DNA of 35,863 bases, taken from Reclinomonas americana ATCC 50394 (taxonomy: Eukaryota). Location of the stretch: positions 59,830-95,692 of the forward strand of contig PS015370.1 of the NCBI GenBank assembly GCA_048213135.1, given 5' to 3'. Positions 22,135 through 32,265 of this stretch are shown one piece after another. Position numbers and translations under genes: made by a program. The notes beneath the pieces were generated by a model. It ran no database searches. It worked only from the letters and a program-made list of their open reading frames with translations, and had not been told where the DNA came from. Positions within the stretch are counted from its first letter, which is position 1. Each line of letters opens with the position of its first letter.

Positions 22135-25100
22135 TCATCTCCTCATGGGCAGGGGAGAGAGAATAGACGGCAGCTGCTCCATCGTCTCCTTCTCCACATC
22201 CCGTCGGGGGTCGAGGAACTCGTTCAGCGACGGCAGAGAAATGCTGGGCTGCGAGTGCATGAAAAGGCAAATGAGCAACGGCACTCTCCTTCTCCCTCCC
22301 CGTTTCAGCAGCACTCACCATGAGGAGTAGCACGGCGGGCAATCCGAACCGCGCAAACGAGAGACCAATCAGCCACTCGTTGCGGGCGGCGTGGTTCTCA
22401 AACATAATGTCGACGGTGCGAGAGTCGGTGATCACGCTGAGGCACAAATCCTCGCCTGCGCGCGCGCACAACTGCGATTGAGTAACACAGAACGACAGCA
22501 CAGGCACTTTCACAATTCGGCACGCAACTCTTGTCAAGGTCCTGACGGATGCGGCGATCGCCCTTCAGCGTCGGCGTCTGCACACCGGCGGCCACGTGCC
22601 AAATGGAGGCAAGCGCAATAGAGCTGTTGAGGGACTTGGCCGAGGAGCCCCACTGCAGCTGCTTGCCGTCGTCGGACAAGCGGAAGAATCGGCGGTGCGG
22701 CTTGGAGTGGCGACTGAAAATGTACTTGGTGAGGACGGCGCCTTGCTTCACCGACTGCACCGCGCGACTCGCTGCGGCCTTGGCATGCGCGGCGCGACGG
22801 CTCTCCAGCACCTGGCTGAGTTGAGAGCGACGCATCTCCGCCTGTTCCATAATGAGTGAGCATGACAAGAAAACTACAACGAAAACAACAAGTGCGGACT
22901 CACCCTGAACAGCGCCGGCGCACTGGCCATCGTGCCCGAGGCGACCACGTCACCGGTGCGCGCTGAAAGGGGTCCGCCAACCGGGCCGGTGCCAGCCAGC
23001 GCCACGCCGGAGGCGGCCGCGGCTCCGGCGCGCATCTCACGCTCCACCGTCGGCACGTGCTCCTCGTGCACGACCACACGCGAGGCCAGCGGCTTGGCCA
23101 TTTGTGCGTAGCCCTCGTGTTCCTTGGTGATCATCACATTGTCGTTGGTGGACTGCGAGTCGTCGGCCGTGTTGTGGCTGGCACACTGGCCGGGAGTGAT
23201 CCACAGCATCAGCTCGCCCTCCATGGAACCCAGTGGCGAAGCGCCGGTCGCCGTCGGGGCGTCCTTCTTGGCATCGCCGTGATCGCCACCAAAGTCAGTG
23301 GCGTCGTGCTCCTCCTGCTGCTGCGCAGGAGCTTGCGAGAGGCCAATGGAGCAGGCCTCCTCCTCCTGTTCCCTCGACGATTCCACCACCACATCCGACT
23401 TGTCGGCCGCGGTGGCGACCGGCGTCTCAACGGCGCTGTGCTGCGACGTCGGCAGAGACTCGGCGACCAGATCGTCGCCGGTGGATGCAGTCGCGTCTTC
23501 GCCCACCATAGCCATTGCCTGCTCCTCCTCCTCTTCCTCTTCCTCCTCCTCCTCCTCGTCACCGCCCTCTGAGCGTGAGCCCTCCGGATCGAGCTCGTCA
23601 TGCGTGTTGTTGTCGGCGCCGGCAGCGGCGGCGGCTGGTGGAGCCTCGTCGACCTCGACGACCGGTGCGACTGCCTGAGCCGCAGTGGCTGCTGCTGCTG
23701 CTGCCGCAGCCGCCGCAGCCTTGGCCTGTTGCGCGGCAAGGTTCTTGGGAATGGGCAGAGGCTGCGCAGGTTGAGCAGGATGAGGACGGGGAGGAACATG
23801 AAAACAAAAACTGTGTGCAGCCCACTGTCTCACCTTGCCCACTCGCTCGTCGTCCGTGGCCAGCAGCTCAAGACCAAAGCTGCCCTCGCTCACCTCGCCC
23901 TCGTTGTTCTCGAGGCTGCGCGGAATGTCGAGAGTGCTTCCAGCCGCCGGGTGATTGCTGAGCTCGGCGGCCAGGATCTCCTGCTGCTGCGCCACGCGGC
24001 GCACGTCGCGGAACACACTCGTCAGTGCCGCTGAGATGGGCACTGGCGTGTTTCGGCCGGCGTGTAGCACCGGCTGTACTTCTGGCGACGGACCCGTGAC
24101 AATGAACGAGGCAAGCAGGAGACGACACTCGGCCAACGCCTGCTTGTCGTTCTGGCTCAGCATGCCAATGAGGCGGGCGTTTGACTGCGCCGCCAGCACG
24201 GCCTCGTCGCACGAGCTGTCGTGGCTGTCGGAGCTGGCCATGAGGCCGCGAACTTGCACCGTGGCCGGCGGGAATTCGTACACCTGCAGGGGGGAGAAGC
24301 GGTGAGGCAGTGAAGTGAGGGGGCTTACGCAGTACAAACAAGCACACACCGTTGTCACGCCACGACCGGCGCTGGAGCTGCTCGTGTCGTCGGCGCGCTG
24401 GCTCGTCGCCTTTTGCTGGGCGACCTCGTTGACGAATGTGTACTTGCGCAGGCGGTGGCCTTGCACGCGCTCGTTGAAGTTGCGCTTGGGGGAGGACTAT
24501 GGAAGGGAAGGGGTGGTGAGGGGAAGGGGCGGTGAGGATAAGGGGGAAGGAGGGGAAGGAGAAGGGATGAGAGGGAGAAGGGATGAGAGGGAGAAGGGAG
24601 GGAGAGGGGAGAAGGGAGGGGAAGGAGGGGGAAGGGGGGAGAAGGGGGGAGAAGGGGGGAGAAGGGGGAGAAGGGGGNNNNNNNNNNNNNNNNNNNNNNN
24701 NNNNNNNNNNNNNNNNNNNNNNNNNNNNNNNNNNNNNNNNNNNNNNNNNNNNNNNNNNNNNNNNNNNNNNNNNNNNNNNNNNNNNNNNNNNNNNNNNNNN
24801 NNNNNNNNNNNNNNNNNNNNNNNNNNNNNNNNNNNNNNNNNNNNNNNNNNNNNNNNNNNNNNNNNNNNNNNNNNNNNNNNNNNNNNNNNNNNNNNNNNNN
24901 NNNNNNNNNNNNNNNNNNNNNNNNNNNNNNNNNNNNNNNNNNNNNNNNNNNNNNNNNNNNNNNNNNNNNNNNNNNNNNNNNNNNNNNNNNNNNNNNNNNN
25001 NNNNNNNNNNNNNNNNNNNNNNNNNNNNNNNNNNNNNNNNNNNNNNNNNNNNNNNNNNNNNNNNNNNNNNNNNNNNNNNNNNNNNNNNNNNNNNNNNNNN

Positions 25101-26149
25101 NNNNNNNNNNNNNNNNNNNNNNNNNNNNNNNNNNNNNNNNNNNNNNNNNNNNNNNNNNNNNNNNNNNNNNNNNNNNNNNNNNNNNNNNTTCCTCTGGCGC
25201 TTGCGCACATGCTTGGAGGCACGTCGCGTCCATCGCGCCCTCCTTCGCGCCGGGCTAATGTACACCTCTGCAGAGTTCAGCTCTACAGTAGCTTCTGCTG
25301 CCGGCGCCTCTGTCGCCTGCTCCTCTTGTGTCTCCTCCATGACAACAACAATCGTGGGAATGTCTTCGCAAGGAGGCGCCTGTTGCTGTGGCTGTTGCTG
25401 TTGGGGAGTGCAAGGCGGTGCTGCTCGATGATGCCCCGGTGCGTAGCGGTTCCACACGGCATCGCCATCGCTCTGATCGCTCTGTGTGGATGGGACGAAT
25501 ATGCTCGCCACTGTCAGCTTCGATATCTTGCAGAACACAATGAAATGAATGAGAGAGAACGCACCACGTGGAAGAGTGCATAGCCGAGCTGTTCACGCAG
25601 GCTGCCGCCAGCGTCGTCGGGGGAGAGCCACTGAGAGTCCATGCTGTGTGTGTGTCTGGACTTGGTTGTCTCTCGCACAATGACAAAATTTGAGATTTGT
25701 CCGTGATTTCTCCTTGGTTCGGACGCATGCTCTGTTTCGAATTGTGTGCCGGAAATGGGTGCTGCTGGCGATTGGTGGGCGTAGGGGAAAGGGGGCGGCG
25801 GGGAGGGGAAGTGGGGTGTGGGGAAGAGATGGGGGGAGGGTAGTGAATGAAGAGCAAAACTGGGTCGCAAATTAAAATACAGCACGTGGTCGATCACGAC
25901 TCGCAGCGGTCTTTGTTCCTCTCTGGCAAGCCGCACCGTGGTGGTTTCTAGGCACTCCAGCCAATTCAATGCAGCCTGCCTGCGCCGCAGGTTCGTTGTC
26001 ACTGGCACTTGCGTTGTCTTGGTTTTCTCAACGCACACGATCGCGACACAATCGGTATCGTCCGCCGGCCGCAGTATATATCGCAGCGCAGCGGTACATT
26101 GACGTTCTTGTGATTGCACCGTAAACAGCAGGCGCAAATCGGGATTCAT
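22135..26149 (-). CDS. Large multi-exon protein: globular N-terminus, long acidic Ala-rich disordered middle, C-terminal PH domain (PLC/Num1/Mcp5-like)
   Basis: VKQGAVLTKY...KPHRRFFRLSDDGKQLQW...IALASI--V--G-QT...LCLSVIT-SRTVDI-F------NEWLIGL is a PH pattern. Introns include 22249-22318, 22456-22528 and 23762-23833. The 5' exons (from 26149) are joined across a gap, so the start is tentative. Confidence 0.7.
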
Positions 26150-26360
26150 CTACCCGTAACTAACGTAGTGCCGAGATCCTCTCTCGTAAGCTTACAACGA
26201 GTCGCGGTTTCTGTCGCAGACAACAGTATCACCATTTCGACTTATAATTAGCGCTAGCTCGAGCTCGTACTGTTCTGCAATGTCTCGATCTCAGTTTCTG
26301 ACGCTCACTCAAGATGGTGATCATCGTGCAGCTGTGTATCTGTTCGTCAATGCGCATTCC

Positions 26361-26430
26361 ACGAGCTCGAGGACGTCGACGTCGACGTCAATCGGAAAAT
26401 CTTTCTGTCATGTCGTCGACGTCGACGTTG
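26361..26430. promoter_or_regulatory. Palindromic (GACGTC)n / GAGCTC module upstream of secreted gene A
   Basis: ACGAGCTCGAGG, (GACGTC)x3 at 26372-26389 and CGTCGACGTCGACG at 26414-26427; regulatory role is inferred. Confidence 0.45.
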
Positions 26431-26587
26431 ATCGCCATCGCGCCTTCCACCGTGCTCTTCACCTCGGAGAGCATTGCCACTTGTGTGGCATGTTTACAGA
26501 GTGCACACCTCTGCCGCTCCTGGCGCAATGTCGTCCGTCCAATCGTCGTCCTGTCAGTGCACCAAACTCTCTCTCCATCACGAGACG

Positions 26588-26666
26588 ATGAACCGCTCAG
26601 CGCTCAGCCTCGCACTTCTCGTGCTCTTCATCGCCAGCATTCCTTACTGGTACATTCCGCTCTCTT

Positions 26667-26700
<34 letters not shown>

Positions 26701-28578
26701 TCTCTCATCATCATCATCATATTCTCCCCCACTCACTCCCGCACACAGTTCCGCGCAACCCGTCGACGCCGTTTTCCACAACCAGCTCTTAATCGCCAAC
26801 ACTTGTGACAACATGAACGTCCCCGCCTTCGTCAACGCCGCCAATCGCTACTCGGACTCGCTCGTCGCCTTTTGCAACCAAATCCGCGACACCCTCACTG
26901 TCCTCACGCCCGCCAACAAGCAGGCACTTCTGCAGCCGCTCGCCGCCACCTGCGCTCTGATCCAAGCACAGGCGGGCTCGATCAAGGCAGTGGCGAATAC
27001 GATATTTCCGCCCTCGCAGTTTCTGCCACTGTCGACGGGCGACAATGGCGAGCAGGAGGGTGTGGCCGCTGCGGAGGCACCAATGTACAATGGCAGCGAG
27101 TCGCTGTTGCACACGATGCAACAGAGGGAGAGGGAGAGGGAGAGGGATAAGGAGGCGATTAGTGAGTGAGCAATGAACGCTCGTGAATGGATCTCAGGTT
27201 GAGTGAGTGAAGGGAGGGGAGGGGAGGGAGCGAGAGAGAGAGAGAGAGAGAGCGAGCNNNNNNNNNNNNNNNNNNNNNNNNNNNNNNNNNNNNNNNNNNN
27301 NNNNNNNNNNNNNNNNNNNNNNNNNNNNNNNNNNNNNNNNNNNNNNNNNNNNNNNNNNNNNNNNNNNNNNNNNNNNNNNNNNNNNNNNNNNNNNNNNNNN
27401 NNNNNNNNNNNNNNNNNNNNNNNNNNNNNNNNNNNNNNNNNNNNNNNNNNNNNNNNNNNNNNNNNNNNNNNNNNNNNNNNNNNNNNNNNNNNNNNNNNNN
27501 NNNNNNNNNNNNNNNNNNNNNNNNNNNNNNNNNNNNNNNNNNNNNNNNNNNNNNNNNNNNNNNNNNNNNNNNNNNNNNNNNNNNNNNNNNNNNNNNNNNN
27601 NNNNNNNNNNNNNNNNNNNNNNNNNNNNNNNNNNNNNNNNNNNNNNNNNNNNNNNNNNNNNNNNNNNNNNNNNNNNNNNNNNNNNNNNNNNNNNNNNNNN
27701 NNNNNNNNNNNNNNNNNNNNNNNNNNNNNNNNNNNNNNNNNNNNNNNNNNNNNNNNNNNNNNNNNNNNNNNNNNNNNNNNNNNNNNNNNNNNNNNNNNNN
27801 NNNNNNNNNNNNNNNNNNNNNNNNNNNNNNNNNNNNNNNNNNNNNNNNNNNNNNNNNNNNNNNNNNNNNNNNNNNNNNNNNNNNNNNNNNNNNNNNNNNN
27901 NNNNNNNNNNNNNNNNNNNNNNNNNNNNNNNNNNNNNNNNNNNNNNNNNNNNNNNNNNNNNNNNNNNNNNNNNNNNNNNNNNNNNNNNNNNNNNNNNNNN
28001 NNNNNNNNNNNNNNNNNNNNNNNNNNNNNNNNNNNNNNNNNNNNNNNNNNNNNNNNNNNNNNNNNNNNNNNNNNNNNNNNNNNNNNNNNNNNNNNNNNNN
28101 NNNNNNNNNNNNNNNNNNNNNNNNNNNNNNNNNNNNNNNNNNNNNNNNNNNNNNNNNNNNNNNNNNNNNNNNNNNNNNNNNNNNCACACACACACTGCAC
28201 TCTCTCTCTCTCTCTCTCCGTGCAGGGAACATGCCACCCGCCGTTCAGATGCAACCCATGCAGCACAACGGCAACTTTCGTTCGCAGCAGCAGCAGCAGC
28301 AGGGCACGCGAGAAGATCCAGTCAGGGAGACCACTGCCGATGTTATCATTGATGGTTTCGAGGACGTGGAGCTGAGGTCGCCGGCCAAGCTGACCGATCA
28401 CGTGGAGGGTGGAACGAAAGGCGTGGTGGGTCACACTGGTGGTGGCCATGGAGGATCGGCATCGTCGTCGTGGTGGTGTTGCGGATCGTCGTGCTGTCGT
28501 CATGACGACGATTATCACGGCTGCTGCGATGACTGTCACTGTCCTCGTTGCGACTGTGACTGTTGCGATGATGACTGA
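26588..28578 (+). CDS. Secreted protein A: signal peptide, ~90-aa helical Cys-containing domain, and probably a Gln-rich and Cys/Asp-rich last exon across the gap
   Basis: Exon 26588-26649 (MNRSALSLALLVLFIASIPY), intron 26650-26748, exon 26749-27161 (GTGAGT donor at 27162, phase 1), and a phase-compatible acceptor at 28225 leading to ...WWCCGSSCCRHDDDYHGCCDDCHCPRCDCDCCDDD*. The link across the gap is unverified. Confidence 0.6.
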
Positions 28579-28833
28579 GTGGATGGAGGAGGGAATACGA
28601 ATGCTAATAAAGCCATGGGTTCGACGAGCGGATACTGTACGGATGGACGGGGAACAGCCTGTGTGTGTGGAAGGGAGACGGGCAAGAACGAGGCCCGACA
28701 GCCGCAGGCACAGCGAACCAGTCTATCGGACAGGGAAAACAAGAGAGACAGAGACAGGAAAGAAACAACGAGTCGGTGAGAGGGCGGGGACGCAAGAGGA
28801 AAGGGCAAAGCAACCAGGAAAAACAGAGGGAGG

Positions 28834-28836
<3 letters not shown>

Positions 28837-28916
<80 letters not shown>
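28837..28916. repeat. (AG)n microsatellite
   Basis: Directly visible. Confidence 0.97.
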
Positions 28917-29599
28917 NNNNNNNNNNNNNNNNNNNNNNNNNNNNNNNNNNNNNNNNNNNNNNNNNNNNNNNNNNNNNNNNNNNNNNNNNNNNNNNNNNNN
29001 NNNNNNNNNNNNNNNNNNNNNNNNNNNNNNNNNNNNNNNNNNNNNNNNNNNNNNNNNNNNNNNNNNNNNNNNNNNNNNNNNNNNNNNNNNNNNNNNNNNN
29101 NNNNNNNNNNNNNNNNNNNNNNNNNNNNNNNNNNNNNNNNNNNNNNNNNNNNNNNNNNNNNNNNNNNNNNNNNNNNNNNNNNNNNNNNNNNNNNNNNNNN
29201 NNNNNNNNNNNNNNNNNNNNNNNNNNNNNNNNNNNNNNNNNNNNNNNNNNNNNNNNNNNNNNNNNNNNNNNNNNNNNNNNNNNNNNNNNNNNNNNNNNNN
29301 NNNNNNNNNNNNNNNNNNNNNNNNNNNNNNNNNNNNNNNNNNNNNNNNNNNNNNNNNNNNNNNNNNNNNNNNTCAAGGGTCAAGGAACAGCGATTCCACG
29401 CACGCGGATGACGGGTCTGGGGTAGAAAAAGACGCTGATCACACTCACGCATCGGTTCAAGGGTAAAGGGTAGAGGAAGACACTGATTTCACATGATTTC
29501 AAGGAAAATGGACAAATTTGGTCGAGGCGCAGATCAGCTTTATCCAATGACCTGATGTTGGCGGTGTGGAACGAGCGCTCAGCGTTGGGGAGAAGAAAA

Positions 29600-29652
29600 C
29601 GTCGTCGAATTTTTCCGAAATACCGTCGACGTCAACGTCGACGAGCTCGAGG
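29600..29652. promoter_or_regulatory. Palindromic GTCGAC/GACGTC/GAGCTC module upstream of secreted gene B
   Basis: ATTTTTCCG, CGTCGACGTCAACGTCGACG, ACGAGCTCGAGG; related to 26361-26430. Confidence 0.45.
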
Positions 29653-29804
29653 TGCCGCTCTCCCTCCTCGGCCTCTCTCATCGCACCAGGCACTGCTCAT
29701 CCACGGCAACTATCGCGTTCCAATTGCCCGCCTTTGTGTGTGTGAGAGAGATGAAGAGAGCGGTTTCACATATTCGTCCGCCAGACACAAACTTCTCAAC
29801 CAAG

Positions 29805-30226
29805 ATGCGCGCGTGCGTCTTCCTGCTCCTCGCTGCCACGACCATTGTTTGCGTGGCCTCCGTGTGGTACGTGACGCCCACTCTCTATCGCACCCACTCA
29901 CTCACTCATTCTCTGGCACAAGCAGTCACGCACAAACAATCTTCTACATCGACCCCGTCACACGCACCCTGTGTCACGTGTGGGCCAGCCGCGTCGACGC
30001 CAACTTCTCGCTGATAAAGTCCACACTCTCGCAGCAGTTGGAGACCACACGCACGCTGTGTCGCACGTTGCAGAATGTGCTTCCGACGCTATTCAGCAAC
30101 GATGCGGCAAAGATGGGAACGTTGCAGACGACGGTGCTCGCCCGGTGCATTGTGCTGGAGAACGCGGCGGCGGTGGTCTACGGCTTGACCAATTCACTGA
30201 TGTCTGTTGATCAGGGGCTTCCGTGA
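29805..30226 (+). CDS. Small secreted helical protein B, about 120 aa (may continue if GTGAGC at 30223 is a donor)
   Basis: Exon 29805-29866 (MRACVFLLLAATTIVCVASV), intron 29867-29925 (GTACGT...CTCAC...GCAG), exon 29926-30226. Confidence 0.65.
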
Positions 30227-31492
30227 GCAGTGTGGCGGAGGGAGAGGGAGAGAGAGTGTATGAATCGGAATAATCGTGGAGGAGGAGGAGGAGGAGGGCG
30301 AAGGGGGAGGGAGGGAGGGGGGAGAAGGAGAGGGGCGAGGGGAAGAAGAGGAGGCTGAGGGAAGAGAGAACAGAGATAGCACAGGTCGTGAGGCTTCACT
30401 GACAGCGAGCAGAGAGAGGTTAGTTAAGCGGTAGGACATGCGTACACAGCCAGAGCCGTGAGCCGAACTGTTGCTCCGATCGCGCGGCCGCTGCTGGCCA
30501 ATGTTGCTCTTGGCGTCGCCCGCGGCCTTGTCTGCGCCAGCGGAGCGGCCGGGGATTGACGGTCTCAGCTCACTCTGTCCGTCATTTATTTTGAGCCTTT
30601 CCTCTCCCATTTCTTCTTTCTACCGGCCAGTACTTTCCAGCAGCAGTGGAAAGTGGAGGGGGGGGGAGGGGGGGGAGGGGGGGGGGCACAGGAGGGGCAG
30701 CCGAGAAGAGTGCCGAACAGAGAGAAAGCGACACAGTGCGCCACAGACAGACAGGCAGTCGGGGAGCGAATAAAGAGAGGCTGTCAGAGTGATGGGAAGG
30801 GGAGAAAGAGAGAAGAGGAGCGAGTGGCAGCGTGAGCGAAAGTTGACATGGAGGAAGGCAGAGAGACAGAAGCATCAGCATCGACAGGGAAGAGAGCACA
30901 GAGCGAGCGACAGTGAGACGGAGGAAGGGAGCGCAGGGAGAGAAGCTGAGGAGAAGAATGTGAGTGAGGAGAAATAAGAGGAGAGACATCAGCACCGACA
31001 AGAAACGGCGAACAGAGTGAGTGACCGCGTAGTCAGAGCGACGGAGAAAGGGAGAGGGAAACCGAGAGTTAGCGCCAGCAGCGAAAGGAGCAGGCGGGAG
31101 ACTAGTTGTCGATAGTCAATCTGCAGCTGGACTCGCATCTCATCGTTTGGATCGCCTGGATGAGCTGCGTTCTCCCGGCACGCGCGCGAGTTCGCGTCTG
31201 CGCTACATCGGCTTCCGAAGTACAGGTGTGCAGCATGCAAGCTGTTGGACAGCTAAGTGGTGGTTGAGATTGGTCAGCGTGTTCGAATTCGCAAGCTCTG
31301 CAAACCGCAGCAGCAAACGAGACGTACTCACGTCCCCGGCCGGCCAACGCACAAGCTCAAGGGAAACAAGGACGCATTCAGTACAACGACGAATTAGTAT
31401 ATTTAGGGCGAAACCACGTCGGAGTTTAGTCGGACTCGACCAACGAAAGAAGCACGCACTTGTCAACAAACCGCCTGGGAGCGCACACACAC

Positions 31493-32181
31493 ATGCCACC
31501 GTGGTTCCGCGAGGTACGCATGACAACACAAACACCGCTCACTCGTGCGCGCACATTACTCACATCACTTTCACTTATAGTTCCTGTGGGGCCGCTCACC
31601 TCCTGTGACGCCCACACGCAGCGCATGCACACTGGCCTCGTGTAATCTCCTCCCTCACACACAACAGCATCATCACTTTCATCGCACACCGCCTCCTCCA
31701 CAAGTGACAACTAGTCGTCGTCCTTTTGTTGCTCTTGCTGCGGCGGTGAGCGTTCTCGGAGTGGGAGCCTATTGCATGAGAATGGATGGAAACAGGCATG
31801 TGTCGGCGACTCTTGTGGAGAGACATCCTCAGCAGCAGCATCATCATCATCATGTGGGATTGCAATCATCGTCATCGTCTTCTGTGGAGCTTGGGTTGTT
31901 GCCGAAGAGTGTGGCGGCGGCGAGTGGGGCGTTTATTACGTCGTTGTTTGGTGAGTGCGATGGGAGGTGCTGTCTCTCTTACTCTTCTCTCGTCTCTCTG
32001 CTTTCCTGCTCTTTCGCACCTCTTTCCCTCTTGCTCTTCTACCCTCTTGTTCCTCTCCTTCTCTTCTCACTTTTCTCTTTTCTTCTCTTTCGCACCTCCT
32101 TCCCTCTCTTCTTGCTTGTCTCACTCTTTATCTGGGTCTGCTGCCTTTGCAGTCCGTCCCTCTCTCTCTCTCCCTCTTCTC

Positions 32182-32265
<84 letters not shown>

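Noticed and set aside
24315-29452. Long ORFs containing X runs, and poly-K/E/F/S/L ORFs elsewhere
   Set aside because: Artefacts of N gaps and microsatellites.
30400-31420. Possible minus-strand gene or extra exons of secreted gene B
   Set aside because: Some splice-like signals are present, but I could not assemble a consistent ORF with a start codon or recognisable protein.
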